Positions 1 through 10,002 of a stretch of 64,000 nt of DNA are shown piece by piece (positions within the stretch are counted from its first letter, which is position 1; each line of letters begins with the position of its first letter). Position numbers and translations under genes: made by a program. The stretch comes from Rickettsiales bacterium. GTDB taxonomy: Bacteria > Pseudomonadota > Alphaproteobacteria > Rickettsiales > UBA3002. The notes under the pieces are model-generated. The model was not told where the DNA came from. It searched no databases and saw only the letters and a program-made list of their open reading frames with translations. Location: the NCBI GenBank assembly GCA_046154225.1, contig JBJXEM010000007.1, positions 84,961 to 148,960 of the forward strand, given 5' to 3'.

Positions 1-246
1 GATATGGCATTCAAAAGCCCACTGAAAATGCTGAAGCTGGCCATTCGCGGCATTCGCACCTGGGGGCCGATGGCGCCGGAAATTCCGCTCGACAATCAGC
101 GCCCAGCAGTCGACGTGCACACCACGCACGTGGCCAAAGCGCTGGCTGAAATCGAGGCGGAAATCGAGACGGCGAAAATGCTAAAGGCCCAGGCGGCGAT
201 CCAGACCAAAGCGCCCAACACGCAGCAACCCGCAGCCATGCAATAA
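1..246 (+). CDS. hpnH: Adenosyl-hopene transferase HpnH, C-terminal fragment (5' truncated by window edge)
   Basis: Open frame from base 1; GPMAPEIPLDNQRPA resembles the HpnH C-terminal region; converges on hpnG-shc. Confidence 0.75.
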   Translation, partial: DMAFKSPLKMLKLAIRGIRTWGPMAPEIPLDNQRPAVDVHTTHVAKALAEIEAEIETAKMLKAQAAIQTKAPNTQQPAAMQ

Positions 247-867
247 GCTGCGTTTGGCGGCCGCGTGATGCCGCCCAAGCGTCATCATGGCCGGTAGCTG
301 TTTGGGGTTTTTCGCAAGCGCTGCCAGCAACTTTGCGTAACTGATTGTGCCGTCCTCGCGCGTCGCGGCGAGCGCCGCGTCGGGCACAGCGCAATTGGCG
401 GGGTCGAGCACCACACGCAGCACCGCACACGGCAAGCCAAACCGTTGCGCCACGCGTGCCACATGGTGCGATTCCATATCGGCCGCGGCCGCACCATAAT
501 CTGCAAACAGTTGCGCTTTATCAACGACGCCCGCAATCGGCACATTCACTCCCACCATGTCGGCGAACACCGCGTGCGGCAGCGCACTTACCCATGGCGC
601 AATCCACGGTTCGTCGCTGGTGTACACCATGTCGCCACTCACCACGCGGCGTGCAATCACGAGGGTGCCGGGCACGAGCGCAGGGTCAAGCCCTGCCGCC
701 GTGCCGAAGCTCATGAACCCCTGCGCACCGCGGTGAATCGCCTGAATCATGTCGTCTTCGAGCTTACGCGGGTTCAACCCGTGCAGCGTTTGAACCCCGG
801 GGCCAGCCGCAATCGCCGACTCGAACGCCATGCCGCTGACAATCACAAGCGGTGCGCTGATTTCCAC
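181..867 (-). CDS. hpnG: Hopanoid-associated phosphorylase/nucleosidase HpnG
   Basis: SFGTAAGLDPALVPGTLV and DMESHHVARVA nucleoside-phosphorylase motifs; directly downstream of shc; GTG start. Confidence 0.85.
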   Translation of the reverse strand: MEISAPLVIVSGMAFESAIAAGPGVQTLHGLNPRKLEDDMIQAIHRGAQGFMSFGTAAGLDPALVPGTLVIARRVVSGDMVYTSDEPWIAPWVSALPHAVFADMVGVNVPIAGVVDKAQLFADYGAAAADMESHHVARVAQRFGLPCAVLRVVLDPANCAVPDAALAATREDGTISYAKLLAALAKNPKQLPAMMTLGRHHAAAKRSLLHGCGLLRVGRFGLDRRLGL

Positions 868-868
868 G

Positions 869-2860
869 CTACATCCCGCAATTCAAAACGGGGTTGCGCT
901 GTTCCTGTTGGTTGCGATAACGGCTAAGTGCCCACAGCGAAAAATACTGCGCGTAGCCGTAATAATGCAGGTAAAAAATGCGCGGGAAGCCGGGCGCGTT
1001 GTGGTACACATTGTCCCACCCGCCATCCGGCTTTTGCGTCGTTTGCAAATACTCCACGCCGCGTTTCACCGCCGGTTCATCGCCACGCCCCACCGCCATC
1101 AACGCCAGCAACGCCCACGCGGTTTGCGACGGGGTGGAAGGTGCAGGCTCGTAATTCACGTAATCGAGCTTGTAGCTGTCGCCGGATTCACCCCAGCCAC
1201 CGTCGGGGTTTTGAATACGCAGCAACCAATCGCCCGCACGTTTCAGCGCCGGGTGGTCATGACCCAACCCCGCCGCATTCAGCGCACAGCAGGCCGACCA
1301 CGTACCGTAAATATAATTCATGCCCCAGCGACCAAACCAGCTGCCCTCCGCGATTTGTTCGCGCAGCAGGAAATCGACACCACGCTTCAGCGCCGCGCTT
1401 GTCTCCATCCGCTCACCCAGTTGCGCCAGCATGGAAACACAACGCGCCGTCACGTCCGACGTCGGTGGATCAAGCAGCGCGCCATGATCCGAGAACGGAA
1501 TATTGTTGAGGTACTCATGCACATTGTCGGCATCAAACGAAGCCCAGCCGCCGTTTTTGCTCTGCAGCCCCACAATCCACTCGCGCGCGCGGGCGATGGC
1601 TTCGGCGTATTTGGCAGCCAGCGCCGCATCCATGCGGCCAATGCGGTCCATGGCCATCACCACCACCGCCGTATCGTCGAGGTCGGGGTAATGCGGGTTG
1701 GCGTATTGGAACGCCCAGCCGCCGGGGCGCACATTGGGTCGCGCCATGGCCCAATCGCCCACGACGTTTAATTCCTGCAACGGCAGCAACCAATCCAGTG
1801 CGCGAATGGTGGCTGCATGCGTCATATCCGCCCCTTCTTCCAGCAGTGCGTGCGCCGCGAGCGCCGTGTCCCACACCGGCGACACGCAGGGCTGACAGTA
1901 GGCTTCGTGGTCTTTCACGATGAGCAGTTTTTCAACCGACTTGCGTGCTGCCACATATTCCGGTGCGTCGCGCGACACGCCGATGGCGTCGAGCATCATC
2001 ACCGCATTGGCCATGGCGGGGTAAATCGCGCCAAGCCCGTCTTCGCCGTTCAGCCGCTCGCGCACGAACTGCACCGCCTTAGCAATGGCGCGCTGGCGCG
2101 GCCCACGCGGAAAAAACGGCTCCACAAAGCGCAACACATGATCGACGCAAGCGAAGAAATAAAACCATGATTTTTTCTGGTGCTCGGCGCGGGCGCGTGG
2201 GCCCACTTTGGCGGGCGGCGTGATAAATAATTCGTCGATGCCCACTCCGCGCGGATTTTGCGCCCGCACTTTTAGCGCCTGCAGCACCAGCAGCGGCGTC
2301 ATCACCGTGCGCGCCCAGTAGGAAATTTTGCTTAAATGAAACGGAAACCATTTTGGCAGAAACATAATTTCCACCGGCATCACCGGCACCGCTTTCCAGC
2401 CCAGCACGCCATACATGGCGAGGGTGAAGCGGGTAAACACGTTGCTCATTTCCGCACCGCCACGCGCCAAAATTAATTCGCGGGCGCGTTGCATGTGTGG
2501 GGCGTCCGGCGCATCGCCGATCATTTTCAGCGCAAAATAGGTTTTCACGCTGGCGCTCATGTCGAAGCTACCTTCGTGAAACAACGGCCAGCCGCCCGCG
2601 TCCTGCTGAATGCGCCGCAGGTAGTTGCCGATTTTCGCCTCAAGCGGAAGGTTCGGCGTTTCGCCTAAATGATGAACCAGCAGAATATATTCCGCCGGAA
2701 TCGTCGCATCGGCCTCGAACTCGTATACAAAATGCCCATCGGCGCGTTGTTCGCGCAGCAGTTCGGCGGTGCCGCGCGCGATGGTGGCATCAAGCGCCGC
2801 GTCGGAAAATCCGTTTGCGGCGTGTTCGGTTTTACGTGCATTTACTGCGGCCTGAATCAT
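869..2860 (-). CDS. shc: Squalene-hopene cyclase
   Basis: EFEADATIPAEY, catalytic YPDLDDTA (DxDDTA), QW repeats (QNPDGGWGE, QKPDGGW), PGFPRIFYLHY. Confidence 0.97.
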   Translation of the reverse strand: MIQAAVNARKTEHAANGFSDAALDATIARGTAELLREQRADGHFVYEFEADATIPAEYILLVHHLGETPNLPLEAKIGNYLRRIQQDAGGWPLFHEGSFDMSASVKTYFALKMIGDAPDAPHMQRARELILARGGAEMSNVFTRFTLAMYGVLGWKAVPVMPVEIMFLPKWFPFHLSKISYWARTVMTPLLVLQALKVRAQNPRGVGIDELFITPPAKVGPRARAEHQKKSWFYFFACVDHVLRFVEPFFPRGPRQRAIAKAVQFVRERLNGEDGLGAIYPAMANAVMMLDAIGVSRDAPEYVAARKSVEKLLIVKDHEAYCQPCVSPVWDTALAAHALLEEGADMTHAATIRALDWLLPLQELNVVGDWAMARPNVRPGGWAFQYANPHYPDLDDTAVVVMAMDRIGRMDAALAAKYAEAIARAREWIVGLQSKNGGWASFDADNVHEYLNNIPFSDHGALLDPPTSDVTARCVSMLAQLGERMETSAALKRGVDFLLREQIAEGSWFGRWGMNYIYGTWSACCALNAAGLGHDHPALKRAGDWLLRIQNPDGGWGESGDSYKLDYVNYEPAPSTPSQTAWALLALMAVGRGDEPAVKRGVEYLQTTQKPDGGWDNVYHNAPGFPRIFYLHYYGYAQYFSLWALSRYRNQQEQRNPVLNCGM

Positions 2861-4107
2861 ACCCTACCCATCACAATACGCGCCGCCACTTCGCCCGATT
2901 GCACCGCGCCTTCAATGGTGGCGGGCAGTCCGGTTTGCGTCCAGTCGCCCGCGAGCAGCACATTCGCCCATGGCGTGATGCTGGCCGGGCGTCTGGCGTC
3001 CTGTTCGGGCGTGGCGGCAAAGGTGGCGCGCTTTTCTTTGACGATTTGCCACGGCGGCAGGGCGCTTGCAAGCCCCGTGATGGCCGAAACTTCCGCCCAT
3101 AAGCGACGCGCCAGCAGCTCGCGGTCTTCGCCCATCAGCCGATCGGCGCAGCTAATGGTGAGAGAAATACGGTTGTCGAACGCGAAAATCCACTCCGTCG
3201 TGGCGTTCACCACGCCCATCAGCTTTGGGAAATCCTTCGGCGGGGTGATTGCGAAATGGACGTTTAGAATGCTGCGCCACGCGTCGGGAGCGTCGATTCC
3301 CGGGATCATTTCCTCGGCATTCGCAGGCGGTGCGGCGTAAATTATCTGATCGTTTGCACCCAGTTCCACCGGCTCGCCGGTGGTGAATTCCAACCTACGT
3401 GCGAGGCTGTTTTGATAATCAATGCGCCGCAAGCGACGTTGCAAATGCACCACCGCGCCACGTGCTGCCAGAAACGCCAACGCCGGGTCGATGAACGCTG
3501 CGCTCAGCCCATGCGCCACCAGCGGCACACACGCATTCCCGCCCTGCAGCAAACTGCCGCGCATAATCGCGCTCGCCAGTTTTGCCGATGCGATTTCCGG
3601 CTCGGTATTCAGTGCCGACAGCAGAAACGAATGCCACAAGCGGCGATAGAGCCGCGTGTTCAGCTGCATGCGCTGTGCAATCGTGTCGCTCGGTTTCGCG
3701 CCGAGTAATTTCATAATGGATAAATAATCACGCGCCCGCGTGCCTGGCACGCGTCGCGCCGCAAATAGCAACCACCACGGTAAGCGGCCCGGGTTCATAC
3801 GCAGCGTCCAGCGTTCGCCGTTAGCGGCATCGACATAATCGAAACGCGGCACACCCACTTGCGCAAACGTGCCGTGGCTACCGATGCGCGCGAGGAATTG
3901 TTTCGCCGCGTGATTGCCCGAGAGCAATAAGTGGTTGCCGTTATCAATCGTGAGGCCCAGCGTCGCATCGTGATACGAGCGGCAACGTCCGCCAGCCTGT
4001 GCGCTTGCTTCATAGACCACCACAGCACGGCCCGCTTCAGCCAATCGCGTGGCCGCCGACAGTCCCGCAAGCCCCGCGCCGATGATGTGAATGGTGCCGG
4101 GTTGCAT
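2857..4107 (-). CDS. hpnE: Hydroxysqualene dehydroxylase HpnE
   Basis: IIGAGLAGL FAD motif, GGRCRSY, IDNGNHLLLSGN, LAGDWTQTGLPATIEGAV; between hpnD and shc. Confidence 0.93.
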   Translation of the reverse strand: MQPGTIHIIGAGLAGLSAATRLAEAGRAVVVYEASAQAGGRCRSYHDATLGLTIDNGNHLLLSGNHAAKQFLARIGSHGTFAQVGVPRFDYVDAANGERWTLRMNPGRLPWWLLFAARRVPGTRARDYLSIMKLLGAKPSDTIAQRMQLNTRLYRRLWHSFLLSALNTEPEIASAKLASAIMRGSLLQGGNACVPLVAHGLSAAFIDPALAFLAARGAVVHLQRRLRRIDYQNSLARRLEFTTGEPVELGANDQIIYAAPPANAEEMIPGIDAPDAWRSILNVHFAITPPKDFPKLMGVVNATTEWIFAFDNRISLTISCADRLMGEDRELLARRLWAEVSAITGLASALPPWQIVKEKRATFAATPEQDARRPASITPWANVLLAGDWTQTGLPATIEGAVQSGEVAARIVMGRV

Positions 4108-4113
4108 GAGCGG

Positions 4114-4953
4114 CTAAAACAGCAAATGGCGAATGACGATGAGGCCGAGCTTCGCCTTATTCAGCTTCACACGCGGTCGGGGTGCCGCAAACCCGCGCGC
4201 CATCAGGCCCGCGTAAATCGCGTGATATGCCTCGGCCATGACGCGTGGCGTGCGGATTTGTGCGCGGGTGCCGCGGCGCATAATAGCATCGGCCGTGTTA
4301 AAATGCGTTTGTGCCACGACGGCCAGTTCGTTGCACACCGCGCCCACCCGCGCATCTGCCACCACGGTTTGGGGCGAGGAGCTTTCGATGCCATGTTTCA
4401 CCAGCAATTCACGCGGCAGGTACAGCCGGTCGATGCCCGCATCCTCGTCGATATCGCGCAAAATATTGGTGAGCTGCAACGCGTTGCCGAGATGATGCGC
4501 GAGCGCCAACCCGTCGGCCTCATTCATGCCAAACACGCGCACGCTGAGGCGGCCCACGGCACAGGCCACGCGGTCGCAATAGAGTTCGAGCGTCGCCATG
4601 TCCGGTGCCTGAATCGGCCCGCGCACATCCATTTCCATGCCGTCGATCACGGCGAGAAAATCTTCATGCCGCAACCCGAAATCACGAACCGCCACGGCAA
4701 GGCCCGCATGCGCCAAGGTTGGGTTGCCCGCATACAGCGCCGCCAAATCGTCGCGCCATTGCTGAAGCTGCGTGAGGCGCACAGCGGCTTCGCCCGCTTC
4801 GTCGGCAATGTCGTCGACGGCGCGGCAGAAATGATAAATCTCGTACATCGCCTGCCGCTGGTGTGCGGGCATGATGCGCATTGCGGTAAAAAACGAGCTG
4901 CCGCGCGCGCTGGTGGCGGCGCTTTCGTTTTGTGTTAAGGCGTTCGCTTGCAT
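4114..4953 (-). CDS. hpnD: Presqualene diphosphate synthase HpnD
   Basis: SSFFTAMRIMP, RAVDDIAD, YCDRVA, LQLTNILRDIDED; start placed at ATG 4953 because the longer ORF only reads through a palindromic repeat. Confidence 0.92.
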   Translation of the reverse strand: MQANALTQNESAATSARGSSFFTAMRIMPAHQRQAMYEIYHFCRAVDDIADEAGEAAVRLTQLQQWRDDLAALYAGNPTLAHAGLAVAVRDFGLRHEDFLAVIDGMEMDVRGPIQAPDMATLELYCDRVACAVGRLSVRVFGMNEADGLALAHHLGNALQLTNILRDIDEDAGIDRLYLPRELLVKHGIESSSPQTVVADARVGAVCNELAVVAQTHFNTADAIMRRGTRAQIRTPRVMAEAYHAIYAGLMARGFAAPRPRVKLNKAKLGLIVIRHLLF

Positions 4954-4977
4954 TCCATGCACCAAAAATTGTTTGTG

Positions 4978-5048
4978 TGTCATCCCGGGCTTGTCCCGGG
5001 ATCCAGTGTTGCGGACCGACTGGATGCCGGGACAAGCCCGGCATGACA
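4978..5048. repeat. Palindromic element family A (TGTCATCCCGG...CCGGCATGACA)
   Basis: Near-perfect 71-bp inverted repeat between hpnC and hpnD. Confidence 0.9.
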
Positions 5049-5052
5049 ATAG

Positions 5053-5907
5053 TTATTTATCTACACTTACTATACGCCGCACCACCACCGCAAGCGCCGC
5101 GCGCAGGGTGATGGCCAGCATGTTCCCTTTGCTTAAATGCACGCGCTCGCTCAGCGGGTCGCGCGCGGCAAGCAGCGCCAGTAACGCATGCGCCAGCCGC
5201 TCGATGGTTTCGATTTCAATCGCAAGGCGTAAATCGCGAATGGTGCCGCTCAGTTTCGCGCCATCCATCATCGTTTTCGTGCGCGCAGTCAGTTCGGCCA
5301 AACAGGCGCGTAGTTGCGGCGTGGCTTTTTCAGCGACGAGCATTGCTTCGCTTACGCCATGTTTTTCCATCGCATCGCGCGGCAGGTAAATGCGGTTGAA
5401 GCGTTGATAATCCGCCCGGCAATCCTGCAGGTGATTGATGATTTGCAGGGCCGAGCAGATGTCATCCGACGCCTTCCATGTGTCGCTTAACTCGCCATGC
5501 ACTTCGAGCACAAACCGGCCAACGGGCGCTGCCGAAAACATGCAGTAATGCACTAGCTCGTCCCAGTTCTCGTAGCGTAATTTGGTTGCGTCCTGACGAA
5601 AGGCAATCAGCAAATCCTGCCCGTGGCGGGGCGTTATTGCATACTTCGTGCACGCCTCGCGTAACGGCATGGCTTCGGTTTCGGCGTCGCTTTGGCCCAG
5701 CAAGGTGGCCTCGAACTGGTCGAGCTGGCGGATTTTTTCTTCCGGTGCCAACTGCGGATTATCCGCGATGTCATCCGTTGCGCGGGCAAAGCGATAGAAC
5801 GCCATGACCGCCGCGCGGAATGGTTTGGCGATGAGAAACGAGGCGACCGGAAAATTCTCGTCGCGGTGGGTTTTTTCGCCGGGGGCGTAGGTGGTGGCGG
5901 TGCTCAT
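5053..5907 (-). CDS. hpnC: Squalene synthase HpnC (hydroxysqualene synthase)
   Basis: ENFPVASFLI, ARATDDIAD, YCMFSAAPVGR, LQIINHLQD; ATG 5907 overlaps hpnB stop (ATGA). Confidence 0.92.
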   Translation of the reverse strand: MSTATTYAPGEKTHRDENFPVASFLIAKPFRAAVMAFYRFARATDDIADNPQLAPEEKIRQLDQFEATLLGQSDAETEAMPLREACTKYAITPRHGQDLLIAFRQDATKLRYENWDELVHYCMFSAAPVGRFVLEVHGELSDTWKASDDICSALQIINHLQDCRADYQRFNRIYLPRDAMEKHGVSEAMLVAEKATPQLRACLAELTARTKTMMDGAKLSGTIRDLRLAIEIETIERLAHALLALLAARDPLSERVHLSKGNMLAITLRAALAVVVRRIVSVDK

Positions 5908-7064
5908 GCCGCTAAACTGCCCGCTTGCGCGCGGCCCTTCCACATGCCGCCACGGCCGCGATAATACTGGATGGCCGAATCGAACGTGAAGCCCATGTAG
6001 CACGCCGCGACCAATGGTAGTTCAAGGCACCGCGTGCCCGACTGGCGATAAAAACGCAGCATGGGCACGAACGAAACGCTCATCGCCGCCCATGTCACCA
6101 CGCCGCATAGTTGCGCCAAGCCCTGCCCACAGAGCGCCAGCCACAGAGGTGCAATAGACATCAACGCCATACCGAGCATAGAGCCAGCAAGCTGCCACGG
6201 CGAATAGCCTAATTGGTCATACGCCGTGCGCGACACCATGGCACGAATGTCGGCCACTACCGGATAGGGCCGCAGGCTGCGAATTTGGCGCGTGAGGCCA
6301 AGCCAAATGGGCCCATGCGTTTTCATCAAGCGCCCAAGCGCACAATCGTCGATCAACGCCGCACGAATCGCCGCCAGCCCACCCGCCCGCGCGAGTGTTT
6401 TATATTGCACCAGCATGCAGCCACCCGCCGCTGCCGCCAGCTTATGATGGGGGTTGTTCACCCACGCGAACGGATACAGCATGCGAAAAAAATGCACGAA
6501 GGCCGGAATCAAAAACCGCTCCGCCGTGCTTTCGCAACGCAGTTTCACCATGCGCGAATTCAGCACCAGTTTGGCGGCCATCGACTGCGCGACGAGCGGC
6601 GCTATGCTGCCCGAGTCGTAGGCAATGTCAGCGTCGGTGAACAGCACATATTCGGGTTGGCGCTCCTGCGCGGCCACGTGCTCGAACCCATACTGCATGG
6701 CGGCCACCTTGCCTTTCCAGCCCGCGGCGAGTGGCGGCGCGCTGATGACTTCAAGCCGCGCCGTGGCACCACATTCCACTGCAATGGCTCGCGCCATTTC
6801 TGCTGTGCCATCCTCACTACGATCGTCGACCAGCACCACGCGCAATGTGCCGGGATAGTGGTTTGTGAGTAAGGTGGGCAAACACGCGCCCATCATATCG
6901 GCCTCGTTGCGGGCGGGAATCACGACGGCAATATCGGGCCAGATGAGCGGCGTTTCAACACTGAGTGCATCGGCGTTTTCAGCATGCCAGTAGTTACCAC
7001 GGAATGCCAGCAAGTAGCCCCACATGCCAACCACCACCAGCCCAAGCGCAAGCGTGAGTTCCAC
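5904..7064 (-). CDS. hpnB: Hopene-associated glycosyltransferase HpnB (GT2)
   Basis: VVIPARNEA, VDDRSEDGT, GWKGK, FTDADI, IDDCALG, MVSRTAYDQL; position in hpn cluster. Confidence 0.85.
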   Translation of the reverse strand: MELTLALGLVVVGMWGYLLAFRGNYWHAENADALSVETPLIWPDIAVVIPARNEADMMGACLPTLLTNHYPGTLRVVLVDDRSEDGTAEMARAIAVECGATARLEVISAPPLAAGWKGKVAAMQYGFEHVAAQERQPEYVLFTDADIAYDSGSIAPLVAQSMAAKLVLNSRMVKLRCESTAERFLIPAFVHFFRMLYPFAWVNNPHHKLAAAAGGCMLVQYKTLARAGGLAAIRAALIDDCALGRLMKTHGPIWLGLTRQIRSLRPYPVVADIRAMVSRTAYDQLGYSPWQLAGSMLGMALMSIAPLWLALCGQGLAQLCGVVTWAAMSVSFVPMLRFYRQSGTRCLELPLVAACYMGFTFDSAIQYYRGRGGMWKGRAQAGSLAA

Positions 7065-7067
7065 CGT

Positions 7068-8456
7068 TTACGCCGTTTTTTTCGATTTCAGTGCGTGGCC
7101 CGCCAGCGTTTTGCCCAGCGACCATGCGGCGCCCGGCACTTTGTGCGCGTCGGCAATCACGGCGTCGAAACTGCGCTCGATCCAGTCGCAATCGTCGTTT
7201 GTAATCGTCAGCGGCGGAATCAGCTTCACCACGTAGCTGGCATGGCCCGCCACCTGCACCAGAATTTTATGGTCCTTGAACAGCGGAATAGTGATCATCT
7301 GGCAAAACAGGCCTTTATTCGCGGCTTCCAGCGCCATCCACGACATTTTCAGCGTGAGGGATTTGGGCGGCCCGAACTCGAGGCCAATCATCATGCCCTT
7401 GCCGCGCACGTCTTTGATCAGCTCGTAGCGGTCTTTCATGGCGTAGAAGCGCGCCATTAAATCGGCCCCGCGTGCGGCAGCGTTTTCGATCACTTGGTCT
7501 TCGTCCATCGCGGCCAACGTGGCCAAACCCGCCGCCATCGCCATATCGTTTTTCGAGAAGGTCGAGCCATGCACCACGGCGCGATCCATGCGGTTGAACA
7601 GCTTGTCGAAAATTTCCTTGCGCGTGAGCACCGCACCGACTGGCACATGCCCGCCCGACAGCGCCTTGGCGAGGAGAATCACGTCCGGCTCGATGTTCCA
7701 GTGCTCGACGGCGAAAAATTTGCCGGTGCGGCCCATGCCGCACTGAATTTCGTCGGCAATGAACAGCGTGCCGTATTTGCGGCAAAGCGCCAGCGCACCT
7801 GCGAGGTATTCCTCATCCGGCATGTACACGCCTTTGCCTTGAATCGGCTCGATGAAGAATCCCGCTACGTCGCGGTTTTTCAGCACCTCCTCGAGCGCCT
7901 TCAAATCGTTGAGCGGCACTTCGCGGCAATCGGGAATAAACGGCTCAAACCCCTTGCGATACAAGGTATCGCCCGTGATCGACAACGCGCCGAACGTGAG
8001 GCCGTGATAGGCATTGCCGCAATAAGCCAGCGCCTGCCGACCGGTGGCGGCGCGGGCGAATTTAATGCCTGCTTCCACCGCTTCGGTGCCGGAGTTGGCG
8101 AAGAATACTTTGTCCATGTACGGCGCGCGTTTCAGTAGACGTTCAGCCAACAACCCGGCCAGCACCGACACATCCATCTGCACTAAATTAGGCAAGTTGG
8201 CGTCGAGCACCTGGTGTAATGCCTCAGCAATCGCCGGGTGGTTGCGGCCCAGGGCAAACACGCCCCAGCCGCTCAGCAGATCGAGGTATTTGGCGCTGTT
8301 GCGGTCGTAGAGATACTGCCCCTGCCCGCGCACAAAACCCACATCGTAGCCGATGGTTTTCAGCACGCGCACCATTTGCTCGTTCAGGCTTTTGGTGTGC
8401 AATTCCGAGCGGGTGGCTTCGTTTTCGTTGAACAGGGCTTGAATGTTGATGGGCAC
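7068..8456 (-). CDS. hpnO: Class III aminotransferase HpnO (aminobacteriohopanetriol synthesis)
   Basis: YLDLLSGWGVFALGRNHP, NSGTEAVE, EPIQGKG, ADEIQCGMGRTG, LAKALSGG (PLP lysine); first gene of hpn operon. Confidence 0.85.
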   Translation of the reverse strand: MPINIQALFNENEATRSELHTKSLNEQMVRVLKTIGYDVGFVRGQGQYLYDRNSAKYLDLLSGWGVFALGRNHPAIAEALHQVLDANLPNLVQMDVSVLAGLLAERLLKRAPYMDKVFFANSGTEAVEAGIKFARAATGRQALAYCGNAYHGLTFGALSITGDTLYRKGFEPFIPDCREVPLNDLKALEEVLKNRDVAGFFIEPIQGKGVYMPDEEYLAGALALCRKYGTLFIADEIQCGMGRTGKFFAVEHWNIEPDVILLAKALSGGHVPVGAVLTRKEIFDKLFNRMDRAVVHGSTFSKNDMAMAAGLATLAAMDEDQVIENAAARGADLMARFYAMKDRYELIKDVRGKGMMIGLEFGPPKSLTLKMSWMALEAANKGLFCQMITIPLFKDHKILVQVAGHASYVVKLIPPLTITNDDCDWIERSFDAVIADAHKVPGAAWSLGKTLAGHALKSKKTA

Positions 8457-8601
8457 GGTGGGTTCCTTGCATAACGTGAGTGGCGGCGCAACCTAGCGAC
8501 AATTTCGATTGATTGCAACCGGCGGCATCGTTACTTTCCGCCGCTCGTTCATACGCAATGCAACAAATCAAAGCGTCATTTTGTAAAAGTATATAGTATT
8601 C

Positions 8602-8723
8602 TGTCATCCCGGGTTTATCCCGGGATCCAGCCAAGCCACGTAGCGTGACATCCTGTTACTGGGCTGGATCCCGGCACCTGCCTACGCCAAGGCTTCGGCA
8701 AGGCAGGCAAGGCCGGGATGACA
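8602..8723. repeat. Palindromic element family A with nested 31-bp insert
   Basis: TGTCATCCCGGG...CCGGGATGACA; right arm carries CCTGCCTACGCCAAGGCTTCGGCAAGGCAGG at 8677-8707. Confidence 0.9.
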
Positions 8724-8776
8724 AAATGTATTGAATTATTTTTTATCACTTACAGAATTAGCAATGGGTATTCATC

Positions 8777-9262
8777 ATGACAAATGACAAACGGTTCATT
8801 CTTGCGCTGGCCCTCACCTGCACCGCGTATTTCGCCCACGCTGCCACCCCTGCCCCCTCGCCGCTCGGCGTTTGGCGGGTCGAGGACGGCTCGGCCCATA
8901 TCCACATCATTAGCTGTGGCAAAACGCTGTGGGGAGAAATTTCGTGGGAAAAATCGCCAGGTAACGATGCATTCAACCCCGATGCGGCCAAGCAAAAATT
9001 GCCAACTCTAGGCTTACCTATTCTGCGTGACATGAAGGAAAGTAAGGATGAACCTACCCATTGGGACGGTGAGATTTACAACGCCGAAAACGGTAAAATT
9101 TATGATGGGTTTATTGAGCTCACCGCCCACGATACCCTGCATATCGAAGGCTGCCTGCTGCGCGGCATCGCCTGCGGCGGCGAGGACTGGACGCGGGTGA
9201 ACACGAAGCCGGATAAATCGCTCACTAACGCTGCCATCTGCAAACGCGCGCTCGCAAAATAA
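8777..9262 (+). CDS. DUF2147 family exported protein
   Basis: Signal peptide; GVWRVEDG, CGKTLWGEI, WDGEIYNAENGKIY, LHIEGC..CGGEDWTR pattern. Confidence 0.8.
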   Translation: MTNDKRFILALALTCTAYFAHAATPAPSPLGVWRVEDGSAHIHIISCGKTLWGEISWEKSPGNDAFNPDAAKQKLPTLGLPILRDMKESKDEPTHWDGEIYNAENGKIYDGFIELTAHDTLHIEGCLLRGIACGGEDWTRVNTKPDKSLTNAAICKRALAK

Positions 9263-9270
9263 TCCGTCAG

Positions 9271-9993
9271 TTAAAACGGCAATTTGCCAATGCTAGCGCC
9301 GCCATCGACATGCAGCGTTTGGCCGGTGATGATGCCCGCCTCGAGCGACAGCAGAAAATTGATGGCCGCTGCAATTTCAGCCGGTTTGGCGAAACGGCGC
9401 ATCGGCACCATCGACAAATAGCGCTCCTCGCCGGCACTACCGGCGGGGTTATTTTCGCGGAACAATTCGGTTTCTGTCGGCCCCGGCGCGACGGCGTTCA
9501 CGGTGATGCCTGCCTGCGCCAACTCCAACGCCCAGCTGCGGGTGAAACTCACCAGCGCCGCCTTTGCGGCGGCGTAGCTGGTGCGCTCGGCGATGCCCAG
9601 CACCACGAGGCTGGTGATGTTCACAATACGCCCGTTTTGCGCGGCTTTCATGCCGGGCAGGAAGGCTTGCGCTAGTTGTAACGCGGGGCGCAAATTCACA
9701 TCCAGCACCGCATGCAAATCGGCAAGCGCCACCTCGCCCAGTTTGGCCGGGCGCACGAGGCCCACATTATTCACCAGATGCTGCACATGGCCGTGGGTTT
9801 GCAGTATGTGCCGGGCGGCCTGCTCGGTAGCGGCGCTGTCGGCCAAATCAACTTCTACCAGTTCGCCCGGGAAATCGGGCATTTTTCCACGCGCGAGACC
9901 AATCACCCTGTCGCCCGCCTGCGCGCGGGCATGGGCGAGCGCAAGGCCGATACCCTTGGTGGCACCAGTAATAACGGTGGTGGCAGGTTGCAT
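9271..9993 (-). CDS. Short-chain dehydrogenase/reductase
   Basis: TGATKGIG, NNVG, YAAAK (YxxxK), NAVAPGPTET. Confidence 0.88.
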   Translation of the reverse strand: MQPATTVITGATKGIGLALAHARAQAGDRVIGLARGKMPDFPGELVEVDLADSAATEQAARHILQTHGHVQHLVNNVGLVRPAKLGEVALADLHAVLDVNLRPALQLAQAFLPGMKAAQNGRIVNITSLVVLGIAERTSYAAAKAALVSFTRSWALELAQAGITVNAVAPGPTETELFRENNPAGSAGEERYLSMVPMRRFAKPAEIAAAINFLLSLEAGIITGQTLHVDGGASIGKLPF

Positions 9994-10002
9994 GCGAAAC
10001 CC

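Noticed and set aside
830-1771. 313-aa + strand ORF opposite shc, and similar long antisense ORFs (3931-4938, 15620-17275, 38514-39509, 42162-43343)
   Set aside because: Shadow frames of GC-rich genes with strong codon bias; no motifs or RBS
4954-5049. N-terminal extension of HpnD (MSCRACPGIQ...) in the ORF track
   Set aside because: It is the translation of a palindromic repeat; homology begins near MQANA at 4953
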